Positions 9,935 through 18,149 of a stretch of 53,654 nucleotides of DNA are shown one piece after another. This stretch comes from Patescibacteria group bacterium (GTDB lineage: Bacteria > Patescibacteriota > Minisyncoccia > Moranbacterales > UBA9337). The translations under genes and the position numbers were made by a program. How positions within the stretch are numbered: the first letter of the stretch is position 1; each line of letters opens with the position of its first letter. The notes below the pieces were generated by a model. It saw nothing but the letters and a program-made list of their open reading frames with translations, was not told where the DNA came from and made no database searches. The stretch is taken from the NCBI GenBank assembly GCA_042569905.1, contig JBHPHA010000005.1:1-53654 (forward strand), written 5' to 3'.

Positions 9935-10070
9935 ATATAAATCTCGCATCAACAAAATATATATTAGCACAGTCACAAAGAATGTCAAGAGCACTTGATT
10001 AGATTTGGGATAGAAAATCAAGACCTACACTCAGCTAAATCACCAAATTGCCTTATTACTAATTATTTGA

Positions 10071-10166
10071 AAATTTAATCATTGAAAATTGATTTTAAAT
10101 TGAAAACTGAAAATTTTAAATTCACCCCCACTCCCTCTTGACAAATTATCCATAATATGCTAATAT
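10071..10166 (+). promoter_or_regulatory. sigma70-type promoter within a 92-bp duplicated segment (copy 1)
   Basis: TTGACA-17-TAATAT with extended TG; 10071-10162 matches 11142-11233 at 88/92 positions by manual alignment. Confidence 0.8.
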
Positions 10167-10247
10167 TAACAATCAAAGTTTTTTAACAGCAAAATAGTTA
10201 TATTTCAAAAAGCTCATTTTTGAGCTCAATTTCAAGGAGATTACACC

Positions 10248-11039
10248 ATGACTCAGATTCCTGCAATCAAAAAAAACGGCGACTTGGAAAAAACAGCAAC
10301 GAGAATTTTCCCAAAAATGAACATCCCTGAAAATCCGGGGCAACTCGAGATTTTTGTGGAAGAAAGATCCTTCTTTCTTGCCGAAAAAACAATCCTAAAG
10401 ATGAGGGGAACAAACCTGCAAGCCAAGACCTTATGTCCGGCTTGCGAACGAGGCTTCCGTCAACCTGAACGGTTGATCTGCCAACATTGTTTCGATGAAC
10501 ACGGCTGGCCTTTGGCCCACGCCGTGGCAGCAGAAATCGCATTGGTCTCAAAAAAGGAGTTTAAAACTCTCCTCGAGGAGACCGAGAAGGTCGCCCGTGA
10601 AAACGGTGGCGCCCAGTTCATCTCCGGCAAATCCCGTAAAGAAGCAGTTGCTTCGATTCGGGACAAGGTTGATTTCGATGTCATTGACGCAACCATTTTC
10701 GCCGCAATAAAGGTCATCGGGTATGATTTACGCAAAGAGGAAGCGGCAGAGAATAAGAAGGTTAGCGACCAAAAAGTCGCGGCTTTAAGAAAAACCGTCA
10801 AGAGCATGCCGGGTGTTACTGGTGAATCCGCTGAGGACTTCGCCAATCGGGTGCAAAAAAGACTGCAACCCGATGTCGGATGGTTCAAAATATTGAAAGT
10901 GTGCACCTCGGTGCACGAAACACGAAACCGCCCAGTTGCCAAAAAAGAACCGGTACAAAAACCGGCCTTCAAAAAAGGAGGAGGCTCCACATTCGGAGAT
11001 CTCTTAAAAGCAGCGGCCGAACAAAAAGCCGCTAAGTAA
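10248..11039 (+). CDS. hypothetical protein with a CxxC..CxxC zinc-ribbon motif
   Basis: AAGGAG SD, CPAC..CQHC, own promoter and terminator; more GC-rich than flanking genes. Confidence 0.8.
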   Translation: MTQIPAIKKNGDLEKTATRIFPKMNIPENPGQLEIFVEERSFFLAEKTILKMRGTNLQAKTLCPACERGFRQPERLICQHCFDEHGWPLAHAVAAEIALVSKKEFKTLLEETEKVARENGGAQFISGKSRKEAVASIRDKVDFDVIDATIFAAIKVIGYDLRKEEAAENKKVSDQKVAALRKTVKSMPGVTGESAEDFANRVQKRLQPDVGWFKILKVCTSVHETRNRPVAKKEPVQKPAFKKGGGSTFGDLLKAAAEQKAAK

Positions 11040-11065
11040 ATAAGAGCAACGCGACAACGTCGCAC

Positions 11066-11103
11066 AACCAGCCCAGAAACATTAGTTTCAGGGCTGGTTT
11101 TTT
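11066..11103 (+). terminator. intrinsic terminator
   Basis: AACCAGCCC..GGGCTGGTT plus T-run. Confidence 0.85.
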
Positions 11104-11141
11104 GTTCAAATTACTGAATTGATTAATCGCCAATTATTTTT

Positions 11142-11233
11142 AAATTTAATCATTGAAAATTGATTTTAAACTGAAAACTGAAAATTTTAAATTCACCCTC
11201 ATTCCCTCTTGACAAATTATCTATAATATGCTA
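11142..11233 (+). promoter_or_regulatory. duplicated promoter segment (copy 2)
   Basis: Near-identical to 10071-10162, including TTGACA; a third partial copy of the AT-rich part lies at ~12385-12441. Confidence 0.75.
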
Positions 11234-11344
11234 CACCTACCTATTAAAGTTACTTTACAAATAAATACAATATTTTAATATTTTGTTAAATCTCAGCCCT
11301 CAGCTGATTTACTTAAACGGCAAAAAACCAAAAAGGAGCCTGCC

Positions 11345-12262
11345 ATGAGAACCGTTACAATCACAGTAAATGGAAAAACTATCAACATCAACCCATCTGT
11401 CATCGACGCCATGCGTCGAGAGGAAGAAAACAGAAACTGCCCCGCCTGTGACAAGCGTCGGCATTCCAATTATGTAACCTGTGCGAATTGCGCCAGTACA
11501 TACCCAGGAATTCAGGACGAGATTAAAAAACTCGTCCGAGAAGTTCCCCAGGAAGTTTTCTCTCGAGCCATTACATTGGCCCGACAGGCTGTTACAGCTG
11601 GGGTTCCGACCAAGGATCCAGACCAAAAATCGGCATTGGCTCACGCCATCCGGACAGAGATCTTACTAGAACACGATGGACCGTTTCACATCGGATCCTT
11701 CTTTGCTGCCATCGCGGTGGCAAAAAAGCCCGTCAAACGCGATTCATTTGACCTGGCCGTTGAGGCCATGGTCGCCGCCATAGAAGAAGGCGGGGTGAAT
11801 TCCGTAACACTGGAAGAAGTTGGAAGAAAAAGTGCACCCCGGCTCTCAGACAAAGCCATTTACGCAGCCAAGCTAAGAGCCTGCGATCAAACCCAGGCAA
11901 AACTCAGTGATATGGATTTTGAGGAAGCTAGAAACTTCCTCTTAATAAATTCAGACATCATCTCCTTCGAGGAGATGGTTCATGTTATTGAAAAAAGAAA
12001 CTTAGGCTTCAGTATCCAGATGTCCGAAAAGAAAGTGCATGCAATTGTACTTTCTGTCCGCGACGAAATAGGACTAAACAAGATCGTTGCGCAAGTAACT
12101 CGGAATCACCAAGAGCCATTATCTCCAACACTCCTTGAGACAGCTCATGCGCCGAAGGTGCCTGGTAATGGTAAAAGAATCAAGAGAGCTGCTCGCAAAA
12201 AAAGGCACAAACTTGACCAACAACGTATTGAAAAAATGAGAGATTCAGGATTCATAGCATAA
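11345..12262 (+). CDS. hypothetical protein with a CxxC..CxxC zinc-ribbon motif
   Basis: AAGGAG SD, CPAC..CANC, basic C-terminus, own terminator; GC-rich. Confidence 0.8.
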   Translation: MRTVTITVNGKTININPSVIDAMRREEENRNCPACDKRRHSNYVTCANCASTYPGIQDEIKKLVREVPQEVFSRAITLARQAVTAGVPTKDPDQKSALAHAIRTEILLEHDGPFHIGSFFAAIAVAKKPVKRDSFDLAVEAMVAAIEEGGVNSVTLEEVGRKSAPRLSDKAIYAAKLRACDQTQAKLSDMDFEEARNFLLINSDIISFEEMVHVIEKRNLGFSIQMSEKKVHAIVLSVRDEIGLNKIVAQVTRNHQEPLSPTLLETAHAPKVPGNGKRIKRAARKKRHKLDQQRIEKMRDSGFIA

Positions 12263-12289
12263 TATGCCATGTCCATCTTCTCAAATCAC

Positions 12290-12330
12290 ACAGACCCAGG
12301 AACTAAATAATGTTCCGGGTCTGTTTTTTT
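12290..12330 (+). terminator. intrinsic terminator
   Basis: ACAGACCC..GGGTCTGT plus T-run. Confidence 0.85.
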
Positions 12331-12481
12331 ATCCTTCAGTAATCAGTAACTCGCAATTAACAACTAGGCACCCCTTGTTACTTGAAAATTAAATCATTGA
12401 AAATTGATTTTAAATTTTAAACTGAAAACTGAAAATTTTAATCTTCAACTTCTTAAGCCACTATTCACTGATCATCGACAG

Positions 12482-14311
12482 CTACTCCACAGTAACAGAC
12501 TTCGCCAAATTCCTTGGCTTATCCACATCAAAACCTTTCAACACTCCTGCGTAGTATGAAAACAATTGAAGTGGCACAGTTGTAATAATTGGTGTGAGCA
12601 TTTCTAATGTCTTTGGAATATAAATCACGTCATCAGAAATCTTTGAGATATTCTTGTCACCTTTAGTTGCAATTGTCAGAACTTTTCCTTTTCTAGCTCG
12701 AATCTCTTCAATACCAGAAATATTTTTTTCATATACACTATCCTTTGGTGTAATGAAAACTGAAGGAAATTTTTCATCAATCAAAGCAATCGGTCCATGC
12801 TTCATCTCCCCAGAAGGATACCCTTCCGCATGAATATATGAAATTTCTTTAATCTTCAAAGCACCTTCATATGCAATTGGCATATTATATTTCCTTCCCA
12901 TATACAAAAAGTCTTTATATTTTATATATTTTTTTACAATCTTCCTGATATCCTTCTCATCTTTCAAAATCTCCTCAATAAGCTTTGGTATTTGATTAAG
13001 TTCTCGCGCAATCCTTTGACCAGTCACAAGCGACATATTTCTCTGCCTTCCCAAAAACAAAGTAAACAACACCAAAATACTCAACTGTGAAGTAAATGCT
13101 TTTGTTGAAGCTACTCCGATTTCCGGACCAGCGTGATTGTACACTCCAGCATCAGTTTCCCTGGCAATTGTTGAACCAACCGCATTCACAATTCCCAGTG
13201 TCAAAGCCCCTTTATTTTTTGCTTCACGAATTGCTGCCAGAGTATCTGCAGTTTCCCCTGATTGAGAAATCGCAATCACGGCAGTTTTTTCATCTAGGAT
13301 TGGTTTTCGATATCGAAACTCGCTTGCATATTCAACCTCCACTGGAATTCCTGCATATTCCTCAAGCATATACTCCCCTACAAGACCTGCGTAATATGAA
13401 GTACCGCAAGAAACAATAATAATCCTATTCACCTCTCTTAATTTATCAGCAACATCTCTAAGTCCACCCAACTTAGCATTTCCATCCTCAACATTAACCC
13501 TTCCGCGAATCGCATCAGAAATCGCTTGAGGTTGTTCAAAAATTTCCTTAATCATGAAGTGATCATAACCTTGCTTCTCAGCCTCTTCAATTGACCAATC
13601 AATTTCACTCTCCTCTCTTACTCTGACATCGCCCTCAGAAACACTACTAATCTCATATCCATCCTTCTCCAAAACAGCCATCTCGCCATCCTCAAGATAC
13701 ACCACTCTATTTGTATGCCTAATTATTGCAGATGCATCTGATGCAACAATGTATTCGTCTTTTCCTATTCCCAAAAGTAACGGACTACCATTTCTAGCTA
13801 TGATTAATTTCTCTGGCTCATTTTTATTAATAATTGCAAGTCCATAAGTTCCCTTCAAAAGTCCTGTAGCTTTTTTAACTGAAGCTTTGAAGTCATTTTT
13901 TTTCATCAATTCCTCAATCAAATGAACAACTACTTCACTATCAGTCTCAGAAGAAAACTTGTGCCCTAGCTTAGTAAGATCATCTCTCAATTCCTGGTAA
14001 TTCTCAATAATCCCATTGTGCACCAAGAAAATATTCTTATCACAGTCACTGTGAGGATGTGAATTTTTCACAGAAGGCTTTCCGTGAGTTGCCCATCTTG
14101 TATGTGCTATTCCAACACTACCCTGAATTTCCTGCTTAATCTTTTTTTCGAGTTCAGAAATTTTACCAACCGCTTTTACAGTTTTAATTTTTCCATCACC
14201 AATAATTGAAACTCCCGCACTATCATAGCCTCGATATTCCAAGCGCCTAAGTCCATCCACTAAAATTGGTTCCGCTTTATTTTTTCCAATATATCCAACA
14301 ATTCCGCACAT
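12482..14311 (-). CDS. glmS: glutamine--fructose-6-phosphate transaminase (isomerizing)
   Basis: MCGIVG, HTRWATHG, SQSGETADT, EMKHGPIALID, PRNLAKSVTVE. Confidence 0.98.
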   Translation of the reverse strand: MCGIVGYIGKNKAEPILVDGLRRLEYRGYDSAGVSIIGDGKIKTVKAVGKISELEKKIKQEIQGSVGIAHTRWATHGKPSVKNSHPHSDCDKNIFLVHNGIIENYQELRDDLTKLGHKFSSETDSEVVVHLIEELMKKNDFKASVKKATGLLKGTYGLAIINKNEPEKLIIARNGSPLLLGIGKDEYIVASDASAIIRHTNRVVYLEDGEMAVLEKDGYEISSVSEGDVRVREESEIDWSIEEAEKQGYDHFMIKEIFEQPQAISDAIRGRVNVEDGNAKLGGLRDVADKLREVNRIIIVSCGTSYYAGLVGEYMLEEYAGIPVEVEYASEFRYRKPILDEKTAVIAISQSGETADTLAAIREAKNKGALTLGIVNAVGSTIARETDAGVYNHAGPEIGVASTKAFTSQLSILVLFTLFLGRQRNMSLVTGQRIARELNQIPKLIEEILKDEKDIRKIVKKYIKYKDFLYMGRKYNMPIAYEGALKIKEISYIHAEGYPSGEMKHGPIALIDEKFPSVFITPKDSVYEKNISGIEEIRARKGKVLTIATKGDKNISKISDDVIYIPKTLEMLTPIITTVPLQLFSYYAGVLKGFDVDKPRNLAKSVTVE

Positions 14312-14432
14312 AATTTTCTAAAGTCTTTCTGAAATCTCCATATCCTACTCCGAATTAAAAATTTTAAGTTCTCGCTACGAAAGAAAGATTACAGAAAGAC
14401 TCTTGTTTAATTTTTATATTAAATCATCTCTT

Positions 14433-15065
14433 TTATTTCTCATTAAGAATATCATCCAATTCACTGAAATTACCAATAGAGTAATCACAACATTCGCCTA
14501 CTACATCATTATACCTTCCCTCTGGCCTATCTACCAAGATAGTTTTGACCTCGCTAAATCTACCCTTAACATCTTCCAGATTTTCAAACCTGTCATCAAG
14601 AAAAAATGTATCACTAAACTCAATACCTATTTTTTTCAGAACATCTGATTTTTTTCCTTGAACAATGGAAATGTCATCAAAAAAATTCTCAATTCCAGAC
14701 TGCGTAATTTTTATCTTTTGAAAATCATCGTCGCCAAAAGTTAGTATTCCCAAACTATGTCCTTTATTATTTTTCAAAAATTCTAACGCATCTTCAAAAA
14801 TATATTTACTTAAATCACAGAACATATCATCACATTGAGCTCTTATTGTCTCTATATTCTCAATGCCTTTTTTATTTAAAAATTCCAAATATCTTTCCAA
14901 ATTAAAACAGGCATTGCCATACACACAATCCTGCTTATAATATCTATCACAAAAATATTTATGCTCTTTCTCTAAAATCCCATTCTCTCCAAAAATTATC
15001 ACCAAATCACGCACAAAATCACCTGTATTAAATAGTACATCATCGAAATCGAATAATATTTTCAT
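14433..15065 (-). CDS. HAD-superfamily hydrolase
   Basis: N-terminal FDFDDVL (DxD motif I) and C-terminal FLDD motif. Confidence 0.8.
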   Translation of the reverse strand: MKILFDFDDVLFNTGDFVRDLVIIFGENGILEKEHKYFCDRYYKQDCVYGNACFNLERYLEFLNKKGIENIETIRAQCDDMFCDLSKYIFEDALEFLKNNKGHSLGILTFGDDDFQKIKITQSGIENFFDDISIVQGKKSDVLKKIGIEFSDTFFLDDRFENLEDVKGRFSEVKTILVDRPEGRYNDVVGECCDYSIGNFSELDDILNEK

Positions 15066-15096
15066 TTTCTTTTAGTAATTAGTAATCCTATTTATT

Positions 15097-15151
15097 TGTC
15101 ATCTCGAGCGAAACGACACGAGGTACGAGTGGAGTGAAGTCGAGAGATCTC
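15097..15151. repeat. TGTCAT-tagged REP-like palindrome
   Basis: TGTCATCTCGAGCGAAACGACACGAGGTACGAGTGGAGTGAAGTCGAGAGATCTC; same CGAGGTACGAG loop as the 188-bp elements. Confidence 0.7.
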
Positions 15152-15210
15152 AATCCTCATAAAACTACATTAAGGACGAGATTTATCCACCACACACTCT
15201 CAAGCCTAAT

Positions 15211-16230
15211 CTAAACAATCTCCTTCACAATACTCCGATACTCATCCATATCCATAATCATCATTAGAGTTTTTGCTAGCCTGTCACTATCATGACGAAT
15301 GAAGGCTCTTTGACTTGCCAATGCATCAGACTTACTATACTTCACTTTTTTCTTGCTAAGCACATCAGCATTCACAATTCTATATTTTCTTTTCTTTTTA
15401 TCTCGATCAAATTCAACAAGACTCTCCCTTTTTCTCTTATACTTTGCAATCAGTCTTTCGCTTGGGCGACTTGAATTGTAAGTCACAAAATCAATCCTCT
15501 CTCCACCCAAGAATCCATTAATCGATTCAGCATAATCATCCAGATCGAAGTTTTCAGTATGACCTTTTTTATTCACCAAATTACAATTATACACGATTTT
15601 GGCTTTCGAATTCATAATAGCTTCAGGAATTCCTTTTACCAAGAAATTAGGCACGATACTACAGTAATGATTCCCTGGACCAATCACAATCAAATCCGCC
15701 TCCTTGATTGCACGAAGAGCATCTTTATTTGCCTTTGCAGGAGGATTAATATAAATCTTTTCAATTCCAACTTTTTCAAGTTCATAATTATGATTAATTT
15801 CATCTTCACCCTTAATCTTTTTTCCGTCCTTGAGATCAATGAATAGATTAATGTCATCGTCAGTCACTGGAACAACTTCACCTTTTGTATTCAAAATCTT
15901 TGAAGCTTCTTTTACTCCAGCAGCAAAACCACCTGAAACTTTTTCAAGAGCTGACAAAAAAAGATTTCCAAAATTATGCCCCTTCAACTCCCCTGCTTCA
16001 AAACGATAATTAAACAAATCTCTCATCTCTTTTGATTCATCAGAAAGAGCCACAAGACACTGTCTCACATCACCTGGGGGAAGCACCCCAAGCTCATCAC
16101 GAAGTCTCCCCGTTGAACCTCCATCATCCGCCATCGAAACTATCGCTGTGATTTTCACTGCATAATTCTTAAGTCCCGAAAGCAAAGTAAAGCTTCCAGT
16201 TCCCCCTCCTATTGTAACTATATTTTTCAT
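15211..16230 (-). CDS. yvcK: YvcK/GlmR (CofD-like) gluconeogenesis factor, UDP-GlcNAc-binding
   Basis: IGGGTG, DDGGSTGRLR, LPPGDVRQCL, GHNFGNL, IGPG, IRHD. Confidence 0.92.
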   Translation of the reverse strand: MKNIVTIGGGTGSFTLLSGLKNYAVKITAIVSMADDGGSTGRLRDELGVLPPGDVRQCLVALSDESKEMRDLFNYRFEAGELKGHNFGNLFLSALEKVSGGFAAGVKEASKILNTKGEVVPVTDDDINLFIDLKDGKKIKGEDEINHNYELEKVGIEKIYINPPAKANKDALRAIKEADLIVIGPGNHYCSIVPNFLVKGIPEAIMNSKAKIVYNCNLVNKKGHTENFDLDDYAESINGFLGGERIDFVTYNSSRPSERLIAKYKRKRESLVEFDRDKKKRKYRIVNADVLSKKKVKYSKSDALASQRAFIRHDSDRLAKTLMMIMDMDEYRSIVKEIV

Positions 16231-16413
16231 ATTTGTATTAGTAACTAGTAATTTTATTTCAAGTTATTCTTCTTAAGTCCCTTTCTTACATTATACTTTT
16301 AATTTTTTAGTTTTCAGCCAATATCAGAGATACATTCATTTTAAAATAGCCCCCGTATTTAAGCAAGGAAAATAAAAAAGGACTTAGATATTCACCTAGG
16401 TCCTTACTTTCTT

Positions 16414-16728
16414 TTATTTTCTTAAGTACTCAATCATCAAATCAAGAATTTGATCTAGTTTTTCAAGATCCTCCTTTGTGGAAAATTCCAAAAAATCTCT
16501 CTTTTTCACATAATCGATAAAGATATTACCTTTCTCTATCACCTCACAATCAACAATAATACCTTTTCTAATTAATCGAGAAATGCGCGACGAAACTCCT
16601 ACAAAGCAATTACCTCGACATTTATATTCTAGATATCTTTCATTGAGCGTATTTACCTTATATGAAGGCAAGTCATTTATCCAGTTATACCTAACATCAA
16701 TAAGGTATCTTAAATACTCCTCCTTCAT
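16414..16728 (-). CDS. hypothetical protein (orphan cassette)
   Basis: ORF with a TTGACA..TAAGAT promoter (~16785-16813) and a terminator hairpin at ~16373-16405. Confidence 0.6.
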   Translation of the reverse strand: MKEEYLRYLIDVRYNWINDLPSYKVNTLNERYLEYKCRGNCFVGVSSRISRLIRKGIIVDCEVIEKGNIFIDYVKKRDFLEFSTKEDLEKLDQILDLMIEYLRK

Positions 16729-16856
16729 AAACAACAACCTTTTCTTTTGATTTAATATTCAAATAACCACCAAAACAACACTTCATCTTACACACATTAA
16801 AGCCAGATGTCAACAGTAAACTCACTCCACTTCATTCGAAATGACCAGCAGAAAAA

Positions 16857-17246
16857 CTACTCCGCCACAGGAGGCTTCATTATTTCAACCACAAAATTTC
16901 CGAATATATCAGGCAAATCAAACCAAAGCTCTTTTTCAGACCAACCTCCCCTAATGAAACCAACTTCATTTTCCCTAGTCCAAGCCTCAATTTCATCAAT
17001 GTCACCCCTTGGATCTTCAGACACAAAAGCAATATGTGTACTTGTTTTTATTTCAGTTGGAGCAACCTCATCCTCCGTTTCAATAATCTGAATATCAATT
17101 GGGATTTTCTTTTGCCATATCAAACACCAACGAGCATCTCCCTCCCTGTACGCAAGTTCGCATCCCATTTTCTCAAATAATTCCAAAACCAGCTCCAAAC
17201 TACCGGGAGTAATTGTGTATGCAAAATGATGTAGTGTTGTTTTCAT
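16857..17246 (-). CDS. VOC/glyoxalase-like protein
   Basis: LHHFAY..HIAF..VVEI spacing typical of the vicinal-oxygen-chelate fold. Confidence 0.65.
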   Translation of the reverse strand: MKTTLHHFAYTITPGSLELVLELFEKMGCELAYREGDARWCLIWQKKIPIDIQIIETEDEVAPTEIKTSTHIAFVSEDPRGDIDEIEAWTRENEVGFIRGGWSEKELWFDLPDIFGNFVVEIMKPPVAE

Positions 17247-17256
17247 ATAACATAGT

Positions 17257-17946
17257 TTAATTCCTAATTAAAAACTTTCCCAAAACCTCCTCGGCTTTTT
17301 TGAGCTCCTCTGGGTTTCCAACTGGTTGCCAGAGTTTTGCGCGTTCTATTTTCACAGGAAAATCTTTTGCCATTTCAACTAGCGTCTGAGGTAATCCAAA
17401 TTCAGTATCACTAATTGGAACCAAGTCATAATTAAAAAAGTTTTGATTCAAAACATACAATCCAGTGTTAATCAGTTTATTTTCTGGGTCAGTGTTTTTT
17501 TCCATAATCGAAATCAAATTTCCATCCTCATCAATATCAAAAACACCGTATCCAATTGGACTTTCAACTTCACAAGCAAGAATCGCCAAATCTTGATTGG
17601 CAATATTTTTCATATCTTCTGGATGATACAAGTCATCTCCCATCATAACCATAAACTTCTCACCCACAACATCCTTCACCAAATGAACAGCACCGCCCGT
17701 TCCATTTAAATCATCTTGAATAACATAAGTCACTTTCAAATCCTTATACTTATCACCAAAGTAATCTCGAATTTGATTTCCATAATAACCCACAACAAAA
17801 ACAATTTCTGTCACTTCCTCCGGCAACAAATCAATTTTACATTCCAATAAAGACTTTCCATTCAGTGTAAGCATCGGTTTTGGAGTGTCTTTTGTCAGCT
17901 CCTTCATTCTTGTACCTTTTCCAGCCGCGAGTATCACTGCTTGCAT
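17257..17946 (-). CDS. sugar-phosphate nucleotidyltransferase (NTP_transferase family, GlmU N-terminal-like)
   Basis: AVILAAGKGTRM..PKPM, GTGGAV, GDD. Confidence 0.9.
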   Translation of the reverse strand: MQAVILAAGKGTRMKELTKDTPKPMLTLNGKSLLECKIDLLPEEVTEIVFVVGYYGNQIRDYFGDKYKDLKVTYVIQDDLNGTGGAVHLVKDVVGEKFMVMMGDDLYHPEDMKNIANQDLAILACEVESPIGYGVFDIDEDGNLISIMEKNTDPENKLINTGLYVLNQNFFNYDLVPISDTEFGLPQTLVEMAKDFPVKIERAKLWQPVGNPEELKKAEEVLGKFLIRN

Positions 17947-18063
17947 ATGTTTAAATTGTTAAATTGTTCTATTGTTAAATTGCTATTAAAAACCACAACA
18001 ATTTAACCGCTTATATATACAACAATTTTCCAATACCTTAGTTTTGATTTTATTTTTACTCTA

Positions 18064-18139
18064 AAGACCTGGGGCATGTATTTTTCGCAGCACCGTACCT
18101 ACTGGAACGAAAAGCAAGAAAAATGCATACCCAGGTCTT
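18064..18139. repeat. dispersed hairpin family B, copy 1
   Basis: AAGACCTGG..CCAGGTCTT stem with loop CGTACCTACTGGAACGAA; related to 39007-39083 and 52521-52593. Confidence 0.75.
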
Positions 18140-18149
18140 AACATTGCTT

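Noticed and set aside
10460-11065. Long antisense ORFs (also 27570..28106, 42231..43037, 48027..48536, 21408..21929, 18495..19004)
   Set aside because: Shadow frames of real genes on the opposite strand, with no RBS or recognisable motifs.
14322-14401. Possible glmS ribozyme upstream of glmS
   Set aside because: Only a partial AGCGAGAACT resemblance; the GACGAGG core is missing and the gap is too short. It is a simple long hairpin.
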